From positions 372,001 to 436,000 of the IMG/VR virus record IMGVR_UViG_3300032315_001715: DNA of 64,000 nucleotides; one strand, given 5' to 3'. Numbering within the stretch: position 1 is the stretch's first letter; the number at the start of each line of letters is the position of its first letter. The position numbers and the translations under genes are program-made. Shown piece by piece: positions 1 to 10,380 of this stretch. The notes under the pieces are model-generated. The model did no database searches. It was not told where the DNA came from and worked only from the letters and a program-made list of their open reading frames with translations.

Positions 1-376
1 ACATGTTACCGGATCTCGCCATTGGGACATTCCCAAGGGCAAGGTGGATCCTGGCGAATCCGAAATTGATGGTGCGGTGCGCGAGCTATACGAGGAAACC
101 AGCATGGTGGTTGACCCCGCCGTGCTGGTAGGGCTCGGTACCTTTCCTTACAAGCGAACCAAGGATCTCAGCCTTTGGCTGTATCGCACTGACATCATGC
201 CTGATCCCAAAACATTGGACTGTCTCAGCACCTTTGACTCTGGCAAGGGCGCAATGAAAAAGGAAATGGATGCGTTTGCGGTGGTGTCATGGGATAATGC
301 CCGAAATTACGTGATCCCGGACATGTGGGCGGTGCTGGAAAAGGTCAAGGCACTGATCGATGGCAAGAAAGCCTAA
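1..376 (+). CDS. Nudix hydrolase (5' truncated by window edge)
   Basis: Frame reads WDIPKGKVDPGESEIDGAVRELYEET = Nudix box. Confidence 0.9.
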   Translation, partial: HVTGSRHWDIPKGKVDPGESEIDGAVRELYEETSMVVDPAVLVGLGTFPYKRTKDLSLWLYRTDIMPDPKTLDCLSTFDSGKGAMKKEMDAFAVVSWDNARNYVIPDMWAVLEKVKALIDGKKA

Positions 377-887
377 AACTTCCCCGTCGACGCACGCATT
401 TATTGTGTTAATGGGATGCGTGATACTGCATTTTCAGGTGGCTATGTTTGCACCAGATACTGTGTTTTGGTCGATTGTTTACGTAAGCCTAGCAGTTATT
501 ACCATGATCCTAGCGATAGCTCCTTTTGTTGTCTCACGACGATGGGCAGTTTTGATCCTATCATGCTTTTATAGAAACTCCGTTCCGGTAGAGCTCATTG
601 ACCATGAAGGTGATCGGTATTATAGCCTTGCTGGTACCGATTCTGATGGACGGCTCGCGGCCCCGGTTCATTGGTCAACAAACATTGGGCATTGCATGCT
701 CAATGACGATGGCCGTGTTGATCCACGAAGCGACTCCTCATATGTGTATCTTTGGGCTCCGTTGCGGCGGAAAGAGCGTGTCTTCCATATGCTGCGGAAT
801 GATTTTCCCGACCTTGCCCAGCTGGACGAGCTTGACGTGCAGGAATGCCGTGTTATTATGAGGAACGCTTACAAAAACGGAGATTAA
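360..887 (+). CDS. hypothetical membrane protein
   Basis: 175 aa, two N-terminal hydrophobic segments. Confidence 0.65.
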   Translation: MARKPKTSPSTHAFIVLMGCVILHFQVAMFAPDTVFWSIVYVSLAVITMILAIAPFVVSRRWAVLILSCFYRNSVPVELIDHEGDRYYSLAGTDSDGRLAAPVHWSTNIGHCMLNDDGRVDPRSDSSYVYLWAPLRRKERVFHMLRNDFPDLAQLDELDVQECRVIMRNAYKNGD

Positions 888-889
888 CG

Positions 890-1702
890 ATGATCGGTGA
901 TGCACTTGGCGACCGCATGAAAACCTACGAAGCACAGGAAACCGCCCGTCGGTTCCTTCCTGGTTTGCCCATTTATGCCCGCATTGACGGGCGTGGATTC
1001 AGCAAGTTCACCAAGGGCATGCAACGTCCGTATGATCCTCGCATGAGCGCTGCCATGGTCGACGCTACCAAGACGCTGGTTGAGCAAACCCATGCAACCA
1101 TTGGATATGTGCAAAGCGACGAGATCAGCCTCGTCTGGATCCCCACGGAGAACGGACACGGGTGGTTTGATGGCAAGACCATGAAGATGGCCAGCGTTCT
1201 AGCCGGCCTCACCACGGCGTCGTTCATCGGGGCAATGGCGGATCATTTTGATGACTGGGAAATGCTGTTGTTCAAGCTGCCGCACTTTGACGCCCGCGTG
1301 ATCAGCATGCCTAGTGAAACGGAAGCGGCTAACATGCTGCTGTGGCGAAACCTCGATGCTACCAAGAATGCCGTTAGCATGGCCGCAAGCCACTACTACA
1401 GCCACAAGGAGCTACACGGCAAGAACGGCAGCGAAAAGCAGGAGATGCTATTCCAAAAGGAGGTGAATTTCAACGATTATCCCTTTTTCTTCAAACGTGG
1501 AACGTTTGTTCGTCGGATGGCCACGGAGCGCACGCTCACTACCGACGAACTTGCTCGCATCCCGGAGAATCATCGGCCGTCAGCCGATCAACTCCTGGTG
1601 AGGACCGAGGTTGTTGATTTTGATCTTCCTCCTCTCAATCGGATCTCAAACCGTACCGATGTTTTGTTCCGTGCTGCCGATGTGGTGGTAAATATCGGGT
1701 AA
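890..1702 (+). CDS. thg1: tRNA(His) guanylyltransferase / Thg1-like protein
   Basis: RMKTYE, ARIDGRGFSKFT, YVQSDEISL, FDARV, WRNLDATKNAVSM, FKRGTF motifs. Confidence 0.95.
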   Translation: MIGDALGDRMKTYEAQETARRFLPGLPIYARIDGRGFSKFTKGMQRPYDPRMSAAMVDATKTLVEQTHATIGYVQSDEISLVWIPTENGHGWFDGKTMKMASVLAGLTTASFIGAMADHFDDWEMLLFKLPHFDARVISMPSETEAANMLLWRNLDATKNAVSMAASHYYSHKELHGKNGSEKQEMLFQKEVNFNDYPFFFKRGTFVRRMATERTLTTDELARIPENHRPSADQLLVRTEVVDFDLPPLNRISNRTDVLFRAADVVVNIG

Positions 1703-1854
1703 CACAACCAGAGGACAACGCCGTGCATGCAACATCACCTAGCGTAAACCCGTTGACATGGTCATAACGCTAGGTCGATCTCTATGGAAAATCGCGTTTA
1801 TCCAACATATATTTTCAATGAGATCAACAAGTTAATCTCAGCACCATCTAGCTC

Positions 1855-3033
1855 ATGCAGCATGGTAGCAATGTGACTAATCATACATCCTCAACCTGGT
1901 GCGGTCGCTTGTTTGGTGACTACCTGATGAATTGGTCACAGGGACAGTGGAGGTCCTGCTGCAAGATGCCCTGGGATGTTGTTCAATCTCACGGCACTTC
2001 TCCGTGGCAGCAGGATCGCATCGATCAACGCAGATCTGCCGCATTGAACGGCATTCGTCATCAAGATTGCATATCTTGCTGGCAAGAGGAAGATCGAGGA
2101 TTGCCCAGCTTTCGACAAACCGCCGCAAGCTCAAAGATCATGAATCGATTCATATTGAATCTAGGAAATACCTGCAATCTAGCCTGCACATATTGCTACA
2201 GCGGTAACAGTTCAATATGGGCAAACAAAAACGGAAACCATCCACGGATACCGACCGATATATTGTTACAGCAGGAAACATTTTGGAAATGGTGGGATGC
2301 TGAAAAGAACCGCATAGAACGATTGGTGATTTCAGGTGGAGAACCCAGCCTAATGTCCGAAATGTATTCCTGGGTTGACAGGGCCGGCATTTCTGGAAAG
2401 GAAATATTGTTCAATACCAACGCAGCATCAAACCACCATTGGTGGTCAAGATTCCTGTCAAAGATGGATGAATTATCAGATGATAATCGCATCATAATAC
2501 GTGTTAGCATGGATGCGGTTGGTGATCGATTTGAATGGATACGCACCGGTCTTGATTGGGCGGTGTTTGAACGCAACATGCGAGAACTTGGGTCGTTAGC
2601 ATCGACCAAGAACATACTGGTTCGTATCAGCCCGACCCTGTCGTGCCTAACGCTTGAAGGCGTGCTGGAAACCGCGACATGGACCAACCGATTCTCACGA
2701 TCGATTGATAACGGATCAAAGATCGTGCAATATGACGCATTTAGCATGGTCAGTGATCCCATGCAGCAACGTCCAGATCCGTGGCTTGGTTACTTTAAAA
2801 GTGATATGGAAGAGATCATGGAGATGATGTCCGATGCTAACATTAATCAAGATGCCGTGATGCAGATACGGGGATTAATGAGGCTGGCTGACAAGGTTAT
2901 CCCAACGGTTGAAAATGCCAGCGGGGTTGTTAGCACCATGGATTCACTGGAGAAACAATGGAATAAGTCTCCTTGGTCGGCAGCATTTCCCAGGCTGCAT
3001 CGGGCCGTGTCAGCAACCCTGTCATTGGGTTAA
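1855..3033 (+). CDS. radical SAM protein with N-terminal twitch/SPASM-like Cys cluster
   Basis: CNLACTYC, ISGGEP, CC...CISCWQEE. Confidence 0.9.
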   Translation: MQHGSNVTNHTSSTWCGRLFGDYLMNWSQGQWRSCCKMPWDVVQSHGTSPWQQDRIDQRRSAALNGIRHQDCISCWQEEDRGLPSFRQTAASSKIMNRFILNLGNTCNLACTYCYSGNSSIWANKNGNHPRIPTDILLQQETFWKWWDAEKNRIERLVISGGEPSLMSEMYSWVDRAGISGKEILFNTNAASNHHWWSRFLSKMDELSDDNRIIIRVSMDAVGDRFEWIRTGLDWAVFERNMRELGSLASTKNILVRISPTLSCLTLEGVLETATWTNRFSRSIDNGSKIVQYDAFSMVSDPMQQRPDPWLGYFKSDMEEIMEMMSDANINQDAVMQIRGLMRLADKVIPTVENASGVVSTMDSLEKQWNKSPWSAAFPRLHRAVSATLSLG

Positions 3034-3034
3034 A

Positions 3035-3694
3035 TCAACCCATGCCGGGATCGTCCCGGCCAACGCATGCAAATCCCCATGCACGTTCCCGGCAATGGAA
3101 ACACTTACCACATCGTGGGCCGGATATGTGTTGTGTGCAGGATCTTGCCAAGCGGAACATTTCCTCTTGGTTGTTTTCAAACACCAGGTCAACCGTGTGA
3201 AACTTGTAAAGATGCAGGAATGGTAGCCATACCATTCCGCCTTCGCCCTTGCTTCGTTCCGGCCGCCCAATGGGATTGCCCTGGGCATCCTTTGGCCATC
3301 GGCTGTAATCCCAGGTAGGCGTGGCGTTTGACGCATAGAATACATAGTTGATTTCCGGATATTTTCTAGAGATTTCTCTCCACGCGGCTTCTCCCTGATC
3401 CCTGTGATGTATGTCTGGATTACCAACCTCGATCGGCTGCGGTAGATCATACGGGAACTGGGTGTTGATGTAGTTGACCATCGCTGCTGAGCTTTGTACC
3501 ATTTCATTCTTCTTAAGCATGACGAATGGTTGTATGTTTGGCTTCCAGCCGAGCTCACCGTGTGCCTTGAGCAAGAGATACAGCAATATACCGCTGTCTA
3601 TTCCGCCGCTGAGCATCATCCCGTATCTGCGATTTTCCTCGATGTTGAGCCGTATCTCGGTCCCATCGATCCTTGACTTGATGATCCTAATCAT
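3035..3694 (-). CDS. QueC-like PP-loop ATPase
   Basis: LSGGIDS PP-loop and C-terminal SC...CGKCFHCRER. Confidence 0.75.
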   Translation of the reverse strand: MIRIIKSRIDGTEIRLNIEENRRYGMMLSGGIDSGILLYLLLKAHGELGWKPNIQPFVMLKKNEMVQSSAAMVNYINTQFPYDLPQPIEVGNPDIHHRDQGEAAWREISRKYPEINYVFYASNATPTWDYSRWPKDAQGNPIGRPERSKGEGGMVWLPFLHLYKFHTVDLVFENNQEEMFRLARSCTQHISGPRCGKCFHCRERAWGFACVGRDDPGMG

Positions 3695-3734
3695 GCTGAT
3701 ATTTACCGTGTGACCGATTGCCGCCAGAAAACAA

Positions 3735-3762
3735 GAAAGGCGGGATTTCTCCCGCCTTTCTT
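3735..3762 (-). terminator. intrinsic terminator
   Basis: GAAAGGCGGGA-ttt-C-TCCCGCCTTTC hairpin with U-rich tail after the beta-barrel gene. Confidence 0.75.
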
Positions 3763-3787
3763 GCCGTGTTAACCTTGATTGTATGGA

Positions 3788-4429
3788 TCAGAAGCGGATG
3801 TTTAGGCCGCCGGTAACCATGTGTTGGTTGTAGGTTTCGCCGGCATTGAACGCACCAACATAGCGATAGCGAGCATCGAGATCAACGTTGCTTACGATAT
3901 TGAGCCGCACACCGCCGCCTACGTTATACAGGGCAAGATTGGAGCCGCTGTCACGCATGCCGAACGCATTACAGCACATTCCGCCGCCTGCTAGAACATA
4001 CGGAGTTACGGCAGTTTCACCCAACCTCTGGCTGGCAACAAGATTGCCCATTACCATCTGGCCATCGCCGCCGTTGTTCTGACGGTTGTAATCGTAAGTC
4101 AGCTCACCGGCTAGATTCCGATGGAACTGATAGCCAACCAACCCGCCGACCTGGTAGTCGGTAGAATCACGGAAATTGCTGCCGGCATTCATTCCGAGAT
4201 AAATTCTAGAGAGATTCATTCCGGTGCTAGCAGGGGCAGCAACGGTTGGCGTAACGGCAGCAGCGGTTGTTACCGGATCGGCTGCCGACGGACGAAGAAC
4301 TTCCAGCACCTGTGCGTTCAGTTGATCGGCAACATTGTCGTTGCTACGGCGTCGGGTTTGTGCATCAGCTGAGGTAGCGCTGACCGTGAGTATCAGGGCA
4401 AGTGTTGCCCCGATGACGTTCTTAATCAT
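3788..4429 (-). CDS. outer-membrane beta-barrel protein (OmpA/OmpW-like membrane domain)
   Basis: Signal peptide, alternating beta strands (VGYQF, PYVLAGGG, YNVGGGVR, DARYRY), terminal Phe. Confidence 0.85.
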   Translation of the reverse strand: MIKNVIGATLALILTVSATSADAQTRRRSNDNVADQLNAQVLEVLRPSAADPVTTAAAVTPTVAAPASTGMNLSRIYLGMNAGSNFRDSTDYQVGGLVGYQFHRNLAGELTYDYNRQNNGGDGQMVMGNLVASQRLGETAVTPYVLAGGGMCCNAFGMRDSGSNLALYNVGGGVRLNIVSNVDLDARYRYVGAFNAGETYNQHMVTGGLNIRF

Positions 4430-4667
4430 TTGATGTTCCTTTCATGAATGGATACAAATTGGCTGCCTTAACGTTGATATTCCTAGGCAGCACTGAACAA
4501 CTATGCATGATATGCGATCGGTGAGCAATATATGCCGCTGAATCTTGTTTGATTGAGGTCAACGACCGACAGGATAACACGCTTTGAGTTATATGTGGGT
4601 ATAAATAACTCTGTCCCTGTATGGGTCGGTGAGAATTTCCTCATCGACAAGGTAGGAGGTAAAAACT

Positions 4668-5939
4668 GTGGACAAGAACCTAAAAGCCGAGCTCGTGGCT
4701 CTGCGCAACGAAGTGCTGACAAATCTCAAGAATATCGAGAACGTGGTTGGCAAGATAGACCATAAGCTGCAAGATGAGGACGAGATAGCCTGTTTGCTAC
4801 GCTGTCCAACGCTTGATGCCTTGCTGCAACAATGCAAGACCATCAAATGGCATCCTGATACAGTGTCATGGAAAATTGACACATTTTTAAGAACTGTCAA
4901 GGATGTCGAGGATCTCATGTCGGTGTCAACCGCTGATCGATACACCGATGCCATGGTGAAGATCATTGATTTTTCCAAGAGATTGGATAAAAGGATGGGA
5001 GGTATTCCAGGGCGTTCGCCCAGCGATGAATACTGGGATAGCATTGAACCTGGCACCAACGATCGTGCGGTTGAGCAGCTATATGAGACCAAGATCAAGG
5101 AAGGCGACATCGAGCCACCAGCGGTTGCTGTTGACGACGCTGACGTTAAACACGCATTGGATCGCTTGAATCGCCGGCTTGATCAGCGAGAACCAATATA
5201 CACTAGCGATCTGCCAACCGATGCTGATGTTAGTCAAGCACCGGAATGGGCCCGGCACGTCGATCATAAAAGCAGCATGCAGATCCTAAAGGAAGCTGCT
5301 GAATGGGACGATGATAGCCAAACCCTGTTTGGACGCATGTGGAATAGAACAGCCCAGCGTCGCGTTGACACCATGGAAGCGGTGATGAACGAGGCCATTA
5401 CGCATGTTCGATCATATAACTACTACAATGAACGGATAACCATCAAAAACCAAGATGATGCCAAGAACCTGGTAGCCAAGTACGAGGCCTTGGAGCTTGC
5501 CAAGCTTCGGGTCATTGAGACCCTACAGGGATTTGATCGAAAGACCATCCAAGAGATACTTGATTCGGCGTCGGGCACTAATAATGTGCTAGAAACCGAC
5601 GCTCGGGAAGAAAATCTTGAAAATTGGGTAAGATACTATGATTGGTATCTGCGCTTGGTTACCGAGCTTGAAACCATTGCCAAGACCATGCCCCAGGGTG
5701 CTGAGGTTGCATTGAGCTGCATGAGCACGCTCAAGATAATATCAGCTAACAAGGAACTGGAAATCTGGGATCCAATGGTAATAGATCCGCAAACCTTTGA
5801 GATGGTTCCCATGAAGATACCACCGGCAAAGCTGGATGCCTTTAGGCAAAAGGCTAGGTCAGATTATCTACGTGATCTCAAGAACGCATATGCGTGGTTA
5901 GAACGAAACAAGCAAGCTCCGGCTGCTGCGGTCGGCTAA
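4668..5939 (+). CDS. hypothetical protein
   Basis: 423 aa, strong SD (AGGAGG) before GTG. Confidence 0.8.
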   Translation: MDKNLKAELVALRNEVLTNLKNIENVVGKIDHKLQDEDEIACLLRCPTLDALLQQCKTIKWHPDTVSWKIDTFLRTVKDVEDLMSVSTADRYTDAMVKIIDFSKRLDKRMGGIPGRSPSDEYWDSIEPGTNDRAVEQLYETKIKEGDIEPPAVAVDDADVKHALDRLNRRLDQREPIYTSDLPTDADVSQAPEWARHVDHKSSMQILKEAAEWDDDSQTLFGRMWNRTAQRRVDTMEAVMNEAITHVRSYNYYNERITIKNQDDAKNLVAKYEALELAKLRVIETLQGFDRKTIQEILDSASGTNNVLETDAREENLENWVRYYDWYLRLVTELETIAKTMPQGAEVALSCMSTLKIISANKELEIWDPMVIDPQTFEMVPMKIPPAKLDAFRQKARSDYLRDLKNAYAWLERNKQAPAAAVG

Positions 5940-6382
5940 GCGTATTCGTAGTTAACGGTGCCGGTGTTTTCTCTCAGCAACACGGCACCGTTTTTCATAT
6001 GAAATCTACGAGCCATCGAGGTTTGTGGGCTCAGGGTGACAAATCGACTGACGCTGGGCCTGGTTTTTTCGATGTAGCGCCTAGCATCAAATATCAATTT
6101 ACCACCAGCACCGGGTCGATAGCTCCATATGGTATAGAACACCGCAACAACACTGTTGCCGGCATCATCTAGCATTTCGTCGACGGTTTTAGGTACACCC
6201 GTGCAATACTTCACGCACACCGCTGCCGTGGGCGCATCCTGTTCGTCGACCAGCACGATGATTTCTGAATGCTGCCCGATGCGTTGCTCGATCGGTATCT
6301 CCGGTCTAACCGGATCATCATTGATCAACGAACACCATGTATCGTTGGTCGAATTAATCACTCGAAGATATGACATGGGCAA
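5936..6382 (-). CDS. GNAT-fold-like phage protein
   Basis: FYTIWSYRPGAGGKLI...VTLSP..MARRFHMKNGA. Confidence 0.6.
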   Translation of the reverse strand: MPMSYLRVINSTNDTWCSLINDDPVRPEIPIEQRIGQHSEIIVLVDEQDAPTAAVCVKYCTGVPKTVDEMLDDAGNSVVAVFYTIWSYRPGAGGKLIFDARRYIEKTRPSVSRFVTLSPQTSMARRFHMKNGAVLLRENTGTVNYEYA

Positions 6383-6406
6383 CCCTTCCCTTTAACGGGG
6401 TATTTA

Positions 6407-6787
6407 TTAACTGATGGCCCACCAAACTAAAACGATATACGTCAGTTGATGCAGGAATTGATCCAAGCCGGTTAATGCCCAAAACTGTGGATGCGTTGTG
6501 GCTCCCCAGCCCTTGATGCGATTGATGTTCATCTTTGCCCAGTCAATGTGATAGTGGACCAAGAAGTTCGCTGCCAATACCGCAAAGGCGGTGGTCATCG
6601 GAAAGAACGGCATAAAGCATGCGGCAGTACCGACGGAATTTTTAAGGGCATGCCTGATTCCACCGAAGTGGAGATATGTGCCCTTGTTCTGCCATTCATA
6701 CGGGGGTTGCCAGCACCAATCAACGATGAGATGCTTGACCTGCAACATTGCCAGTAGAATGAGGAGTGTTGTGGCTGCATGTTCCAT
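6407..6787 (-). CDS. DUF3307-like membrane protein
   Basis: KHLIVDW, HYHIDWAK, GLDQFLHQLTY. Confidence 0.8.
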   Translation of the reverse strand: MEHAATTLLILLAMLQVKHLIVDWCWQPPYEWQNKGTYLHFGGIRHALKNSVGTAACFMPFFPMTTAFAVLAANFLVHYHIDWAKMNINRIKGWGATTHPQFWALTGLDQFLHQLTYIVLVWWAIS

Positions 6788-6821
6788 TGGAAACCAATGA
6801 TTTTATCTCTGGTCGAAAGTA

Positions 6822-6897
6822 TGGAGGATGCGGCCCGGAATCTCACCGTCGTTCTCCGGTTTTGCAGACCGGCGCAATAATACTCTGCCACGCATCC
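6822..6897 (-). tRNA. tRNA-Cys(GCA), outside main array
   Basis: Cloverleaf, loop CT-GCA-AA, U73, CCA. Confidence 0.85.
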
Positions 6898-6977
6898 ATA
6901 AGCTCTTTGCTGTGTAACTATATCACTGTTGCACGGCATTGGTCAATGTTAATTTTGATTAGATCGCTGTGTTTTGT

Positions 6978-7463
6978 TCAACTGATCGGCATCTTGTATG
7001 GGATTCTCGACGCGACTTCCTCGTATGTTTGATCAAAGATGGAGATCTTAAACAAAATCCGTGGATTTGGTCCATTTTGCACCGCATGAGGTACGGTGGT
7101 GTTTAGCAGTGCTTGGCGATAAAAGACCTCACCGGATCGAAATGATATCGGTGCCGGATCGTCGCTGAGCACCATGTTGATCGAACACAAGGTGTTGATG
7201 TCCGTGTGCCAGTCCAGGAAAGACCCTGGATCTTGGAAGTAGAATCTCGGTTTACCATTGATTTTTAGATCTTCAACGATCTGCTGTATGTAAGGGCTGT
7301 CCCAGTATCCGATCTTAAAATATTCCTGGGATTTTCTCGCGGATTGTCCAGCCCTGAGCTCGTTAAATCCCTTGGCGATCTTCATGGCTCCCAGCGCATC
7401 GTCCATTAGACGTGCCATATCGAGCGGATAGTTTAGATGTGTTAACGGGGGCAAGTTGCTCAT
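6978..7463 (-). CDS. cupin/2OG-Fe(II) oxygenase-like protein
   Basis: WHTD...LNTTVPHAVQN...R. Confidence 0.65.
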   Translation of the reverse strand: MSNLPPLTHLNYPLDMARLMDDALGAMKIAKGFNELRAGQSARKSQEYFKIGYWDSPYIQQIVEDLKINGKPRFYFQDPGSFLDWHTDINTLCSINMVLSDDPAPISFRSGEVFYRQALLNTTVPHAVQNGPNPRILFKISIFDQTYEEVASRIPYKMPIS

Positions 7464-7522
7464 GATTAAGCCAATGTTGCTAGATTTGGTCCAATCGTGT
7501 CAAGATTTACGGATTATATGCA

Positions 7523-7625
7523 AACTGGACCTGCGGGAGTGAACCCCGCAGCACCACGCATCTTCGCGATCTTTTCGGTCTGTTCTCATGGAGAACGCCG
7601 GATCCTAACACTGATGCATCCAGTT
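7523..7625 (-). ncRNA. candidate structured RNA with T-arm-like hairpin
   Basis: AACTGGA/TCCAGTT closing stem, nested hairpin, GCGGG-GTTCACT-CCCGC. Confidence 0.4.
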
Positions 7626-7626
7626 A

Positions 7627-7656
7627 AGAAAGGGCGGTATTGCTACCGCCCTTTCT
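7627..7656. terminator. intrinsic terminator
   Basis: AGAAAGGGCGGTA-TTGC-TACCGCCCTTTCT perfect hairpin. Confidence 0.85.
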
Positions 7657-7682
7657 GTCACGATGGTAAGCGCAAGCGTTGC

Positions 7683-8408
7683 TTACTTCTTGCCCTTGAG
7701 GGCAGCCAGCTTGTCCTGCAAGCTCGACGGCTTTGGACCATGATCAACCTCAGCCAGGGCAGCATTGATCGCCGCGTCGGCTTCAACCGCCTTGCCTAAC
7801 ACACCACTGCGGATGTTATCCGCTGCGGCCTTTTGGCGCGCTGCCGCAGCATTGGCACCCATGGCGTTGATGGCCACGTCTGCACCGCTCAGACCCTTGC
7901 TAAGGCCTGCCATGCGCTCGCGGTCTGCACGGCGCTGGTCGGCGATCTTGGCCTCCTGGAGCGCACGGGCCTGATCGCGCTTGGCCTGCTCGATCTTGGT
8001 GCGGCCTTCCATGACCAAGCGCTGGGCGTTTTCAGCCGCGGCGCGGGTCTCTGCGGCCCACAGCTCGGCATCCTGTGCTTCGGCCTCGGCACCTTCCACC
8101 TTGCTAGCCCATTCCAGCGCTTGGTCAGCGGCCTTGTTAGCCGCGGCGTCGTTCCCGGCACTGGCCAGCTTTTCGGCAGCAGCCGTGTAGCGATCGAGAT
8201 TATTGCGGATGTTAGCAACCGCATCGCGCGCGGTCTTGGCATCCTGTCCGGCCTTGGCAGCGTTGGTGGCCATCTCGCGGGCAGTGGCATCCCATTCGGC
8301 CAGCTGGGCTTCGCCCACGCTTTCTGGGTCCCACTTGGCAACCAGCTTGACGGCGCCGTCCTGCAGATCACGTACCTTGGTGGAAATGTAGTTGGTGATA
8401 AAGCTCAT
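7683..8408 (-). CDS. PspA/IM30-like coiled-coil protein
   Basis: Ala-rich helical, C-terminal QDKLAALKGKK, adjacent DUF2491. Confidence 0.75.
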   Translation of the reverse strand: MSFITNYISTKVRDLQDGAVKLVAKWDPESVGEAQLAEWDATAREMATNAAKAGQDAKTARDAVANIRNNLDRYTAAAEKLASAGNDAAANKAADQALEWASKVEGAEAEAQDAELWAAETRAAAENAQRLVMEGRTKIEQAKRDQARALQEAKIADQRRADRERMAGLSKGLSGADVAINAMGANAAAARQKAAADNIRSGVLGKAVEADAAINAALAEVDHGPKPSSLQDKLAALKGKK

Positions 8409-8444
8409 GTTTCTATCCTTTTAGAATGATTGGTTGAATTCGAA

Positions 8445-9191
8445 CTAACTTTGCAAGACCTTGAGGTTCTGATGGTCCAGAGGAATACCGATGAACAAGT
8501 TCACCGAAGCACCCTCCGAGTCCTGCACCATCGTTGCTAGCAGCGATTCCGTCACGGCGTCAGCCGCATCTGTCAAACTCCTGTGGTATTCCATTGCCTC
8601 GTGTTTCACCGTCGTGGTGTTTCCCTGTGCATCCAGGATGGTCTCGGTATATGCTACCGGTGCCACGCCGTCGGTACCTGGGCTCCACGCACGATTGTAC
8701 ATGATGGCCGGAGGTCCGTCAACCCGAAATTGTGGCCATCCAATCAATCCCCATTCCTTGCGCAGCGCTTGGCCAAGCTTGTCGCGCAGGAAATCTCCCT
8801 GTGCATCACGCTGCCAGCTGCCAAGCCAGAATTCCCAGTCCTCGGAAGACTGCGGAAGGATTTCGTCCCGGCTGCACCACAGCCGAGCCTCGGTGAGCTT
8901 CCCGCCCTTGGAAACCAACTGGATGTAGCTGCGTCCATCCCCGAGATAGCAGTTGAATATATCCAGGCCCCACTTGTGATAGGTGCCTACCGCGGTGATG
9001 ATCTGCTGTCCCGTGGGTGGATTGATCACTGACCCGTCGGCCTGTGCCAGCGCGATATCAATGTCCGGAAGATCCACCAACGATGCTTGGTGCAGACCCA
9101 GAGGTACCTTGTTGCGTGGCAGCGGCACAGGGTTGGGAACCTGTTCGGTTTTCTTGCGGGCCATGTGGCCCAGTATGGATAGAAGTCCCAT
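8445..9191 (-). CDS. DUF2491 (YjfK-like) protein
   Basis: PLGL..., DWEFWLG, GLIGWPQF, HEAMEYHR, FIGIPL. Confidence 0.75.
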   Translation of the reverse strand: MGLLSILGHMARKKTEQVPNPVPLPRNKVPLGLHQASLVDLPDIDIALAQADGSVINPPTGQQIITAVGTYHKWGLDIFNCYLGDGRSYIQLVSKGGKLTEARLWCSRDEILPQSSEDWEFWLGSWQRDAQGDFLRDKLGQALRKEWGLIGWPQFRVDGPPAIMYNRAWSPGTDGVAPVAYTETILDAQGNTTTVKHEAMEYHRSLTDAADAVTESLLATMVQDSEGASVNLFIGIPLDHQNLKVLQS

Positions 9192-9210
9192 GATTTTATC
9201 TCCTGATGGA

Positions 9211-10320
9211 TCAACGCTTACGGATGATGAAGAACCAAGCGGCACCTGCCGCCGATAGTGCAACTACCAACCAGATGACCCAACCGAATCCACCAGAGGC
9301 AGGTGGCTTGGCACGGGCGGAGTCAACGGCCGCGGCATCCGCTTCAACGGCCTCGGGTGCGATGGCCAACGCTGCTGGCACGCCCGCGGGCAACGCTGAT
9401 ACTGCCTGGGCGGGCTGGTTGCCCTCGGAACGGATGCGAGCCATTTCTCGATCCATCTCGTCCACCCGGCGGCGTAGATCGGCGTTTTCCCGTGCCTGTT
9501 TTTCGAGATCCGCACGATATTGCGGATACCATGCTTGGTTGGTTTGACCGTTCATCCAGGTGGCCCGATCGTAAAGCCCGGTGCCAAGTGCTCCTAGGAA
9601 CATGCCGGTGAGGAAGTTGGTATCAAAGATGCCGTAGTTGGATCGCATGTTCTGCGTGGTTTGGAACACCTCGGGATTGCGGTCACGATAGTTGTAGTAG
9701 TGTTCACGTCGCTGCTCAACATATCGGGCAGGATCGCCACCATATGCCTGCCTGCTGGAGGTAAACACCGGGTCCTGTCGAACCTGCTGCGCAGCCACCG
9801 GCTGCGGTGGACTGGTAGCACGGCCTCGTTCAGCTTGGTAAGCACGGAGTGAATCCAGGCTTTGGCTACGCTGTTGGGCCTGTGCCACGGCGTTTGCTGG
9901 CGGTTGTTGCTGTGCTTGGGATTGACCGGCCGCTGCCGCACCAACCACCGCCGCACTGCCGGCACCGGCAGCCACCATCCCCGGGCGGTTGTATCCGTTG
10001 CTATTGGCAGCAACCGGGGGTGGTGCTGAGGTTGGACCGGATGGAGGTTGAACGGTGGCGGCCATGGGAGGCGGTGCCGCCGGCGGTCTAGAATAACCAC
10101 TGTTGCTTGCCGGAGCCGCTTGCGCAGGTGCAGGCGTGTTTGGTCGGGCATAGCTCGGTGCCGGAGCAGGTGTGCTCGGACGGGCATAGCTGGGACTTGG
10201 GGTTGACGGAGCAGGAGAGGAACTGCTGCCACGGCTATATTGCGCGTCCGCGGAAAATGAGCCAATTGATATGATCGTGGCTGCGGCTAGCGCCAAGATC
10301 CGACGATTAAACTGCAACAC
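9211..10320 (-). CDS. exported Pro/Ala-rich protein with C-terminal TM helix
   Basis: Signal peptide, YARP repeats, C-terminal TM plus RKR. Confidence 0.8.
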   Translation of the reverse strand: MLQFNRRILALAAATIISIGSFSADAQYSRGSSSSPAPSTPSPSYARPSTPAPAPSYARPNTPAPAQAAPASNSGYSRPPAAPPPMAATVQPPSGPTSAPPPVAANSNGYNRPGMVAAGAGSAAVVGAAAAGQSQAQQQPPANAVAQAQQRSQSLDSLRAYQAERGRATSPPQPVAAQQVRQDPVFTSSRQAYGGDPARYVEQRREHYYNYRDRNPEVFQTTQNMRSNYGIFDTNFLTGMFLGALGTGLYDRATWMNGQTNQAWYPQYRADLEKQARENADLRRRVDEMDREMARIRSEGNQPAQAVSALPAGVPAALAIAPEAVEADAAAVDSARAKPPASGGFGWVIWLVVALSAAGAAWFFIIRKR

Positions 10321-10380
10321 GATTCTCCTAGTGGGTTACAGGCGGATTACACGCTGATTTTAGCACATAACGACACAAGG

